DNA from: Acinetobacter phage Petty
Direction: 5' to 3' (one strand)
Length of the DNA stretch: 40,739 nt
Sequence record: KF669656.1
The notes below the pieces were generated by a model. That model ran no database searches, had not been told where the DNA came from, and saw only the letters and a list, made by a program, of their open reading frames with translations. The position numbers were made by a program, and so were the translations under genes. Positions 24,866 to 33,862 of this stretch are shown piece after piece. The first letter of the stretch is position 1. Each line of letters begins with the position of its first letter.

Positions 24866-27151
24866 ATGGCTTTATTTGAAGGTGTTTATAAATCCTTAAT
24901 TCAAGGCGTATCGCAACAGACTCCACAGGAACGTGAGGATGGTCAATTAGGTGAGCAGATCAATATGCTGTCTGACCCTGTTACTGGTTTACGCAGACGT
25001 GGTGGTATTAAGTATCATGCTTCTTTAGGTGTATCACCTAACTGTTATTTCAAAATCATCATTATTAATGGTGATGCTTATATTGTGGCAGTTAATACTA
25101 CTCTAGGTAAAGTGAGCGTTATGAACTTCAATACCAAGCGAGTAAGCACAATCAATAATGATTATTTTATAGCTCCGTCTAAACGTAGTATCCGTACTAC
25201 AGTATCACAAGATAAACTATTCATCGTGAATACAGACAAAGTTCCTACTAAGGATGTGACTGGTGTATCGACACGCCTTACACCTTATGGGAAAGGTTAC
25301 TTTAGTATTCGTGGTTCTGCGTTCTCTAAGAAGTTCTTTGTGACTTTAGATCACCCTAAGATTGGTCGTAAAACCTATGACGTGACTACATCTGATACTG
25401 AGGCTGCAAACGCATCACCTGAGTGGGTGGCTACTGAGTTGAAGAAAAAGATTGTAGCTGACATAGGTACTAATGCAGATGTTCACGTAAATGGTAATAC
25501 TGTAGAGATTATTATTCACGACCACATGAACACCTTGCTTACGGTCACTAGCCCAAGTACTGCTGGTGGTTATATGCTAGTGTCTGAAACTGCCCGTGTA
25601 CCAACACGTACAGAGTTACTTGGTCGTTTATACGTACTGGATGACTTTACTATGGCTGTGGGCAATACAGGTAACTCTGCGTACTATCGGTACTCTTTAG
25701 AAACAGGGCGGTGGTCTGAAACTTCTAAGTACGAACCGCCTTATAAGATTAAAGATGAACCACAAGTACTCTTGATCGAAGATGGTACTATTAAATTAGA
25801 ACCTATGGGTATTAAACAGCGTTCTGCTGGTGATGATGATAATAACCCAGAACCTCAGTTCTTGGGCTTTGGTATCACTGGTATCGGTTCATACCAATCA
25901 CGTATTGTACTTCTTAGTGGTGCTTATATTTATTTAAGTAAGACTGACACATACAACGAGTTCATGCGTACCTCAGTGACAGAAGTACTGGACAATGATG
26001 CGATTGAGATTTCAAGTGCGTCATTAACAAGTGCTCAGTTTGAATACTGCATTCCGTACAACAAGGATTTAGTTCTTGTGTCACAGAATCAGCAGGCAGT
26101 TATGCCAGCTAACAGTACTGTATTAACTCCACGTTCTGCGGTTATTTATCCAAGTACAACACTTGATTTATCTTTGGCAGTAGAACCTAGACCTGTAGGA
26201 CGCACAATGTACTATGCGTATCAGCGTGGTGTCGAGTACTACCAAGTGGGTGAGTTCATTCCAAACACGTATGCAGATGCACAGTACTACAGTCAGAACT
26301 TGACAGATCATATCCCTTTATATGCTAATGGTATTTGTACATCTATGAGTTCATCGAGTACTAACAACATGGTGGTATTTGGCTCAGATTCAGAAGAAGT
26401 ACTTGTTAATCAGTATATGTGGGTAGGTGAGGAACGTAGTCAAATGGCTTTCTATAAATGGAATTACCCTTACCGTGTAATGCACACTGACTTCATTAAT
26501 GAGTATCTCATTGCAATTATGGATGATGGCGTTGGTGGTGTTTATGTAGGTACACAGAACGTACAGTTAAACCAGTTAGATGATAAACCTATTCCATATT
26601 TAGATATGTACACGTACATTACAATTCAGAATGGTGTTGGTGATTTACCACGTATGTACATCGGCTCTAATTTTAAAGCAGTCATTTATGATGACCGTAA
26701 TCGACGACATAAGGAAGTAGCTTATACTGTAGATGAGAACACATCACAGATTAAGTGTCCTTACAATGGTGTAATTGCTATTGGTTTACCGTTCGAGAGT
26801 TCATTCACGCTAACGCCTCCTTTTATCCGTGATGATAATGGTCGAGTCATTGCAGGGACACGTACAACGATTCAACAGCTACGTATGACTTTCAAGAGTA
26901 CAGGTACATTCAAAGTGACCGTTAAGGATACTATGGGTACTGCGTATGACGGTGAAGGTATTACAGCTTATACATGGTCTGAGGCTGATCTCGGATATTC
27001 TTGGGTGAATAGTATCGGTGCAGTAGTTATCCCATGCCGTACACGCTTATCGAGTACAGATTGTACAGTTAAGACAGACGGTACTACTGACATGAACCTA
27101 GTGAGTACAGAGTATGTACTGCGACTAGCTAGTAAACGTAAGAGGTTATAA
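24866..27151 (+). CDS. Tail tubular protein B (T7 gp12-like)
   Basis: 761 aa; N-terminus MALFEGVYKSLIQGVSQQTPQER resembles T7 gp12 MALISQSIKNLKGGISQQP; follows tail tube gene A. Confidence 0.85.
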   Translation: MALFEGVYKSLIQGVSQQTPQEREDGQLGEQINMLSDPVTGLRRRGGIKYHASLGVSPNCYFKIIIINGDAYIVAVNTTLGKVSVMNFNTKRVSTINNDYFIAPSKRSIRTTVSQDKLFIVNTDKVPTKDVTGVSTRLTPYGKGYFSIRGSAFSKKFFVTLDHPKIGRKTYDVTTSDTEAANASPEWVATELKKKIVADIGTNADVHVNGNTVEIIIHDHMNTLLTVTSPSTAGGYMLVSETARVPTRTELLGRLYVLDDFTMAVGNTGNSAYYRYSLETGRWSETSKYEPPYKIKDEPQVLLIEDGTIKLEPMGIKQRSAGDDDNNPEPQFLGFGITGIGSYQSRIVLLSGAYIYLSKTDTYNEFMRTSVTEVLDNDAIEISSASLTSAQFEYCIPYNKDLVLVSQNQQAVMPANSTVLTPRSAVIYPSTTLDLSLAVEPRPVGRTMYYAYQRGVEYYQVGEFIPNTYADAQYYSQNLTDHIPLYANGICTSMSSSSTNNMVVFGSDSEEVLVNQYMWVGEERSQMAFYKWNYPYRVMHTDFINEYLIAIMDDGVGGVYVGTQNVQLNQLDDKPIPYLDMYTYITIQNGVGDLPRMYIGSNFKAVIYDDRNRRHKEVAYTVDENTSQIKCPYNGVIAIGLPFESSFTLTPPFIRDDNGRVIAGTRTTIQQLRMTFKSTGTFKVTVKDTMGTAYDGEGITAYTWSEADLGYSWVNSIGAVVIPCRTRLSSTDCTVKTDGTTDMNLVSTEYVLRLASKRKRL

Positions 27152-27153
27152 AC

Positions 27154-27855
27154 ATGGCTGATTATAGTAGAGAGTTCAGTTCTGGTTTACAAGGTGCTCA
27201 GATAGGTGGTCAGGTTGGTGGTGTTTGGGGTGCTGTGATCGGTGCTGGTATCGGTATCTTCATCGGTTCTGAGCAGCGTAAGGCTGAGGCACGTATGCGT
27301 GATGCGTATAATGCTCAAGTACTTCGTTATGCTGCACAAGACTTATTTGATATGCGTCGTGCACAGAACGTAGAGAACACACGAACAGCACAGGCACTTG
27401 CTACCTTACAAAACCAACGTAAGACACAGACAAGTGCTGCTACTGCTGCTCTAGGTGCTGCTGAGATTATGGGTGCATCTGGGGTGGCTTTACAACAAGC
27501 ACTTGACTTCCAGACAGAAGAAGCAATGGCTGATACAATCCTGAATTGGGAGATCGGTGTGGAGAACTATAATACTCAGCTTGAGAAAGGTTTTCAGCAA
27601 CGTGCTGCATCACTTGATCGTGGTAATGGTCAAAGACAGGTAGACGTTATGGGCAGTATCTTAAGTGGGGTTAGTTTATACAACAGCACATTCAAGGGTG
27701 AGGGTGGTAACATGATCAGCCAAGCTAAAGGTTGGTTCTCAGGTCAAGCAAGTACACCTAAAGCTATTGAGAAGTATGACCCACGTTGGAAAGATATGTC
27801 AGGTGGTTCAGGTAAAGGTGTCTTGAGTACACTAAACGCCAACACAAGTAACTAA
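27154..27855 (+). CDS. Internal virion protein A (gp14-like position)
   Basis: 233 aa; Gly-rich hydrophobic N-terminus GGQVGGVWGAVIGAGIGIFIG; first of three consecutive internal-core genes. Confidence 0.65.
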   Translation: MADYSREFSSGLQGAQIGGQVGGVWGAVIGAGIGIFIGSEQRKAEARMRDAYNAQVLRYAAQDLFDMRRAQNVENTRTAQALATLQNQRKTQTSAATAALGAAEIMGASGVALQQALDFQTEEAMADTILNWEIGVENYNTQLEKGFQQRAASLDRGNGQRQVDVMGSILSGVSLYNSTFKGEGGNMISQAKGWFSGQASTPKAIEKYDPRWKDMSGGSGKGVLSTLNANTSN

Positions 27856-27865
27856 GGAGGTTCTA

Positions 27866-30682
27866 ATGCGATCTATGGTAAATTCGCCTGCAATGGCTAA
27901 TGTTGAAATCTCTGGACTACAGCCGATTGAACGTCCACAACAGGAGAGTTTAGGGTCGTTCCTTGCGAGTATGCTACCAGAAGTAAATAAAGCTATCTCA
28001 ACTTATAAGGATGAGAATGCAGATTATTATATGGCACTAGGTCGTAATGACCGCCTTAACGATGTACACCGTGAGGTTAGTATCTTAGGTCGCCAAGCAT
28101 ACGAGCAAGGTTTAGAGTTCCAACATATTGTAAACAACCAAGCAATTCTTTCTGGCAAGTTCATGGAAGATGTAGATTCGATGGATGTGAACAACACAAC
28201 ACCAGAACAACTACAAGAACGTGCAAAGCAGTACTTAGATGAATCTGTGAATAACATTTACTCGGCTAAGACTCTTTCACCAGAAGCTAAGAAAATACTG
28301 TACGAAGCTCAGATCAAAGAGAACGCAACGTACATGAAAGAAATCAACACCAAGCAACAACAGATTGCGAATGATGTGACATACAACACGATGATGAACT
28401 TGTCATTGACGTTTGCTCGTGACTTGGGTACTAGCTCAGATACCCCTGCGGATACTGTCCTTAAAGTAGAAGCGTTTAAGACTAAGATGTTTAGTCTGGA
28501 GCGAGAGCTAGATAAGGCAGCAACCGCAGATGAGATTACCAAGCGTATTAATGCCCGTTTAGATACTATCTTCACCAAACAACTTGATACGTACAAAGCT
28601 GGTGGTACGGCTGAGGATATTAAGTCTATGGAGCAGTTAGTTAATCTTTCTGAGCACTTCATGGAAACAGATTTAGACTTAGCTGTGAAGTTACAGACTA
28701 AAGCTATGAAGTACATTGCCGAAGTTCAGGAGAATAATGATTCTCTTAAAGAACGTGAGGTTGCAGAGTTAGTTGCCGATTGGACACTTAACCCTGATAA
28801 GGTTACAGAAGAAATGGCTAAGGGTGCATTAGCAGAGATTTATGGTGATGGTTCTCTGAGTATTAAAGGTCAAACCTCTATGGGCAAGACTATCCTAAGT
28901 GCGTACACAACAGCAACGAATAAAGTTGTTAGTGGTGCAGAAATGCTAGACCCTTCGTTGTATGAGTCACCTTCTGCTGCTTTACGTGCAGGGTTCTCAG
29001 AAGATAAATGGGTAAGTGCTTCTCTTGAGAAGTTACTTCAACAGACTGGTGATGCTGCGGAGGCAGGGTATCAGTTAATCCTAAAAGGTAATGGTACAGA
29101 GTACTCTCCTGATGCAGTACGTAAAGGTTCTGAATCTATGTTCCGTACATTCAGTGGTTATGTCACTATGGGTGATGCAGAAGTTAAGAACGACCCTTAC
29201 GGTGCTAAACGTCAGCAAGATTTCGCCCGTGTACAAGCACTGTATCAACAGTACAAGAAGGATAACAACTCCAAAGCTCTTGATCTACTTAGTGGTGTTG
29301 ATGAGCGTTACCGTTCAGCCTTTGCTACTGTGCTTGAGAATGGAGGTTCTTTGGAGAGTGTACGTGAAGCATTGAAGTCACCTATTGCTACTACTGAGAA
29401 GTACAAGTTCGTAGATCAAGGTATTAACGGTGTTACTGCTGATACTATCGGTCTTAAGGATGAGTTACTTGGTGGTGCTGGTGGTACTCGTTTCAACAAC
29501 ATTTCAGATGCACTGAATGATACGTATGTTAGTTACGTCAAAGCTGCTATGACAGCCTCTCGTTCACATATTGTAATGGGTGTTGGTTCAGGTGACACTA
29601 ATGACGTGTTCTCTCGTTATCGTGATGCTGGTGGACTTATCAAGTCACCTAAAGGTTATAGTTCTGCTATCGTACCTATTCAAGCTGCTAAGAACTTAGC
29701 TAAGCTAAAGAACGATGGTGGTGCACCTATTGGTCTGGACTATATTGGTAAAGCCATTGACGCTAAACGTGAGGAGTACGCTAAGAAGTATGGTGTACGT
29801 CCAGATAACGTGATCGTTGTAAGTAATGACGTCGGTACTCAATTCCAATTCTTAGCTTATGATATTGAGAGTAATCTCTATGGTTTACGTAAAGGTAAAC
29901 CTGTGTTGAAGAATGGTAATGAAACAGGTATTAATGCTGGTGGTATGGAAACAACTGCTCGACTTATTGCAGATGCTAAGAAATACTATGCAGAAGATTC
30001 CCGTAGAAAGACCAATCCTACTAAACAGGAGTACGATGAACGTAAGAGTGGTGTACGTATTGGACGTGCTGTAGTTGTTCCTAAAGGTACTTCGAAAGGA
30101 GTGCCTGTTAGTATCAACTCATTGTACGCAGAAGGTATGGGTGGTAACAAAGACCTTGCTACTATGTGGGTTAATCACATGCAGAGTATGGAAGGCTTTA
30201 CTACTACAGGTACACAAGCTACGGATGCTAACACAAAGAACGTAAGTACCGTATGGGCTAATGGTATTACAGAAAAGAGTGCTACACCTAAAACCATTAA
30301 TATGCTAAAGGCTGCCAATGGTGACCCACAGCGTATCATGGATATTCAAGGTGGGTTTATGCGATCTTACTACCAAAAGATGAACATCAATAATGACTTA
30401 GCTAAAGCTGGTGTGCCTATTCCTACAGCGAGTATGTATCCAGCACAGTTCAAACAGTCTTTGATGCTTATTTACGATGCTGCTTGGCATGGTCATAATG
30501 GTGCTTTACACGGTACGAAAAATAACGGTGTTATTGCAGCTATGAATGCACCTAACTATGCACAAGGACTTGCAAGCTTAAAAGGCACTTCTGTGTACAA
30601 CCGCAGCAAAGCTAATCACAGACGTAATGTTTGGATGGAGAGTGCTCTTAAATCACACTTCAAAGCAACTGGTAAACTATAA
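27866..30682 (+). CDS. Internal virion protein B (gp15-like position)
   Basis: 938 aa; second core gene; AAGGAGG RBS. Confidence 0.65.
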   Translation: MRSMVNSPAMANVEISGLQPIERPQQESLGSFLASMLPEVNKAISTYKDENADYYMALGRNDRLNDVHREVSILGRQAYEQGLEFQHIVNNQAILSGKFMEDVDSMDVNNTTPEQLQERAKQYLDESVNNIYSAKTLSPEAKKILYEAQIKENATYMKEINTKQQQIANDVTYNTMMNLSLTFARDLGTSSDTPADTVLKVEAFKTKMFSLERELDKAATADEITKRINARLDTIFTKQLDTYKAGGTAEDIKSMEQLVNLSEHFMETDLDLAVKLQTKAMKYIAEVQENNDSLKEREVAELVADWTLNPDKVTEEMAKGALAEIYGDGSLSIKGQTSMGKTILSAYTTATNKVVSGAEMLDPSLYESPSAALRAGFSEDKWVSASLEKLLQQTGDAAEAGYQLILKGNGTEYSPDAVRKGSESMFRTFSGYVTMGDAEVKNDPYGAKRQQDFARVQALYQQYKKDNNSKALDLLSGVDERYRSAFATVLENGGSLESVREALKSPIATTEKYKFVDQGINGVTADTIGLKDELLGGAGGTRFNNISDALNDTYVSYVKAAMTASRSHIVMGVGSGDTNDVFSRYRDAGGLIKSPKGYSSAIVPIQAAKNLAKLKNDGGAPIGLDYIGKAIDAKREEYAKKYGVRPDNVIVVSNDVGTQFQFLAYDIESNLYGLRKGKPVLKNGNETGINAGGMETTARLIADAKKYYAEDSRRKTNPTKQEYDERKSGVRIGRAVVVPKGTSKGVPVSINSLYAEGMGGNKDLATMWVNHMQSMEGFTTTGTQATDANTKNVSTVWANGITEKSATPKTINMLKAANGDPQRIMDIQGGFMRSYYQKMNINNDLAKAGVPIPTASMYPAQFKQSLMLIYDAAWHGHNGALHGTKNNGVIAAMNAPNYAQGLASLKGTSVYNRSKANHRRNVWMESALKSHFKATGKL

Positions 30683-30693
30683 GGAGTTAGATA

Positions 30694-33600
30694 ATGGTAG
30701 ACAATACTAAACCTGTGGCTATGCCTCTAGGACAACCAATCAAAGGTATTCCAGTAAACGTAGCACACGACCCAAACGTGCCTGTTTCAGAGCGATCTAC
30801 AGGTGAAGCTCCTGTTCTATCATTAGTTGAACCTTCTGAAACGCCTGCTCCTGTCCCTAAGACAGAGGCAGAGCAGGCACTTGATTTAAAGATTGAAGAA
30901 GAACGAGCATCTGTATTGGCATCTATTGGTGCTGGTATGGGTGGTCTAGGTATTGATATATACCGTAGTGCTCGTAGTGCATTAATCTATGAGCGTGACC
31001 CTAATTTTAATCACCAACCATTAAGTGATGAGTTCTTCACTCAGGCTGGTGCGGGTACGCCAGAGGAAGTTAAGTACTTGGCAGATGCTAAGAACGATGC
31101 TGACTTTGAAGATCGTACCAAGTATATTTTAGACAACCGTATGCGTCGTCAAGCTATGGCGGATAACCCTGTGTCTGGTCTTGTAGGTTCTTTAGTGGAC
31201 GTAGATATTGCTGTAGGTGGTGCTAAGATTCGTAATGTTGCTAATGCTGCTTCTACAGCAGGGCGTTTAGGTACTCGTGCTGGTGCTGGTGCTATTGGTG
31301 CTGGTGCTATGGTAGGTATCCAAGCTGCTCAAGGAGATAACACCTTACGCACAGAAGGTGAACAGTTAGGTGATGTATTCACTATGGGTATTTCCCGTTC
31401 ACTTGCTCCATTGGCTAAAGGGCAACCTCAAGTAATTGCTGGTGCTGGTGCACAAGGAGCACAAGGCGTTCCTACCACTGTACAACAGAGCGTAAACAGT
31501 GCTGCTAACCAAGTGCAACAACAGATTCAGACTTATACACCGCCAACAGGTACACCTACACAACAGGTTGCTAAGAACAAGTACATTGCTGCTTTACAAA
31601 GTACTGCTGATTACCTTCGTTATATTACTAATGGAGATACAACTACAGTAGTGAATAAGCTGTTAAGTAACCCAGCCTTCAACAATGGCGACGATGTTGT
31701 GAGTCTACAACAGGTGTACCTGAACAACTATGGGCAGCGTTTAAATGCGTTCTCCGATGCCTTCAAGGATGCTATCGCTGCTACTGGTACACGCAGTAAC
31801 CCTATTTCACGTATTACAGGACGGTATGCTCGTGCTGCGGAAGCTGTAGGGTCTGATTTCCAAGTAGCGTTACAACGTGTGGATGCAGATGTACTTGACT
31901 ACTACAAGACCAATGGTGTACTGCCTAATGATGTAGAGTTCAATAAGATGCTTGCTGCCCATAACAATGAGCCACATATTAACTCTTTGATTAAGGCTTA
32001 TATGGATTCTGGTATTGCTGAGAAAGCGTATGATGATATGCTGAGTTCTCCGTTGGCTATCCGAGAGGAGATCGACCCAGTTACAGGTAATACAATCCAA
32101 ACGAACATTATGGATGACATTGTACGTCGTCCTACGTATATGCGTTTACAGCATGATTATGACCGTATGGCACATACTGTAGAAGTTGCTAAGAAAGCTA
32201 CTTGGGATGAAATGGCTACGTTTATCGGTGACCAGATCACTAAGATGTATCCTGATCTATTAAATCCTAAAGGTGCTGGTAAGGCATTTAAACTCTCAGT
32301 TAAGCAAGTAGGTGATCACTATTTACAAACACAACGTCAAGCCTCTCGTGGTTTAAGTGACGTTTCTGCTGTGGGTATGAGTGTAGAGGATATGGCTAAG
32401 TTACTCACTGAGTCTGGTCAAGTTACTCAAAAGGAAGCTGTTAGCCTAGCATCTGAGATTTACAAACGCTCTCACGATAAAGGTACATCTATGCCTAAAC
32501 ACTTACGTAGACGTATTGATTGGGACTGGAATGCTACCATGCGTACTGCATCTGGTCATAAGTTAAGTATGCGTGACTTCGTGAACTCTAACGTGATGGG
32601 TAACTTAGAAGGTTATACCACGAGTCTTGGACACCGTTTAGGTCTTGCTGGTTATGGTCTTAAGAGTGAGGCTGACTTAGATAACCTATTAGAAAGTTAT
32701 TACTCTAAACTTCCTGCTGATGTGTCACCACAAGAAGCCAGACAGTTTATGAAGAACACTAAGGATACTTTGCTAGGTCGTCCTATTGAGAACAACCCTG
32801 TTCCAGAAGGTGTACGATCTGCACAAGCCGTTGCTGATATGTTCTTACTTGCTAACTCAGGTTTATTAGGTATGGTGGATGTAGCTTCTCAATTACAAAA
32901 AGTAGGTGTTATTCGTTCAATCCCTGCTATACGTAAAGGTTTAAAAGCTGTGTTCAAAAGCATGTCAAAAATAAGTAAGCAAGATGCTAAGGACTTAGAG
33001 GACATCTTAACATTACGTATGCTTCAAGGTTCTCAATGGAAGAACTTTGTACCACGTTATGCAGATAACTTCGAGGTATCTGGTGGTATCCATGAGGCTG
33101 CTCAGTACTATGGACAGAGTGCTCGTTTTATGAACTTATCAGAATCCCTAAAGCGTTTCCAAGTTGGTATCCTAGCTTCTGTGTACGCACGGAACTTGAA
33201 ACGTGCCATGAAAGGTGACGCTAAAGAGTTAGCCTTTATGAAGGATAAACTCAAGATAGACGGGACACTTATAAGAGAGATAGAACAAGAGTACGCTAAA
33301 CATGGTACAAACATTGATAATTGGAGTAATGCTGTACGGGTGAAGTACGAACAGAAGATTTACCACGATGCTGATAACTTAGCGATGTCTGTACATAACG
33401 GTGAAGTGCCTGCAATCCTAGAGCATTCTGCTGTAGGTCGTATCATCTTCCCGTACATGCGTTATACATTCGCTATGCAGAACAAGGTGCTTCGTAGAAC
33501 GTACAACCGTGATGGTGCTACAGGTTTAGCCATGTTACTTGCTTTCCAGATTCCTACTGCAATGCTGGTGGCAGCAGCAATTAACGTGCGTAAAGAAAAA

Positions 33601-33861
33601 GAACCTGACCATGACTTAGCTCTAGGAACTATCAAGAGTATGACGGCTTTCGGTTCATTGAACTACCCGTTTGAGATTGCTATGAGTGGTTTGGATGGGG
33701 GTGGTGTTACAGCGTTAGCCCCATTTGGTAAAACTTATAACTTCGGTAAGGAGTTATTCACTGGTGGCGAAGATGGTGAGGTGTCACCGTACAAACTCAT
33801 CAAGAACTCACCGATTAATGCTACACCATTAGATTATTTAGCTTTAGCTTTGGAGGATTAG
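30694..33861 (+). CDS. Internal virion protein C (gp16-like position, ejection-channel protein)
   Basis: 1055 aa; largest core protein, directly ahead of the tail fibre gene. No lytic-transglycosylase signature noted by eye. Confidence 0.65.
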   Translation: MVDNTKPVAMPLGQPIKGIPVNVAHDPNVPVSERSTGEAPVLSLVEPSETPAPVPKTEAEQALDLKIEEERASVLASIGAGMGGLGIDIYRSARSALIYERDPNFNHQPLSDEFFTQAGAGTPEEVKYLADAKNDADFEDRTKYILDNRMRRQAMADNPVSGLVGSLVDVDIAVGGAKIRNVANAASTAGRLGTRAGAGAIGAGAMVGIQAAQGDNTLRTEGEQLGDVFTMGISRSLAPLAKGQPQVIAGAGAQGAQGVPTTVQQSVNSAANQVQQQIQTYTPPTGTPTQQVAKNKYIAALQSTADYLRYITNGDTTTVVNKLLSNPAFNNGDDVVSLQQVYLNNYGQRLNAFSDAFKDAIAATGTRSNPISRITGRYARAAEAVGSDFQVALQRVDADVLDYYKTNGVLPNDVEFNKMLAAHNNEPHINSLIKAYMDSGIAEKAYDDMLSSPLAIREEIDPVTGNTIQTNIMDDIVRRPTYMRLQHDYDRMAHTVEVAKKATWDEMATFIGDQITKMYPDLLNPKGAGKAFKLSVKQVGDHYLQTQRQASRGLSDVSAVGMSVEDMAKLLTESGQVTQKEAVSLASEIYKRSHDKGTSMPKHLRRRIDWDWNATMRTASGHKLSMRDFVNSNVMGNLEGYTTSLGHRLGLAGYGLKSEADLDNLLESYYSKLPADVSPQEARQFMKNTKDTLLGRPIENNPVPEGVRSAQAVADMFLLANSGLLGMVDVASQLQKVGVIRSIPAIRKGLKAVFKSMSKISKQDAKDLEDILTLRMLQGSQWKNFVPRYADNFEVSGGIHEAAQYYGQSARFMNLSESLKRFQVGILASVYARNLKRAMKGDAKELAFMKDKLKIDGTLIREIEQEYAKHGTNIDNWSNAVRVKYEQKIYHDADNLAMSVHNGEVPAILEHSAVGRIIFPYMRYTFAMQNKVLRRTYNRDGATGLAMLLAFQIPTAMLVAAAINVRKEKEPDHDLALGTIKSMTAFGSLNYPFEIAMSGLDGGGVTALAPFGKTYNFGKELFTGGEDGEVSPYKLIKNSPINATPLDYLALALED

Positions 33862-33862
33862 T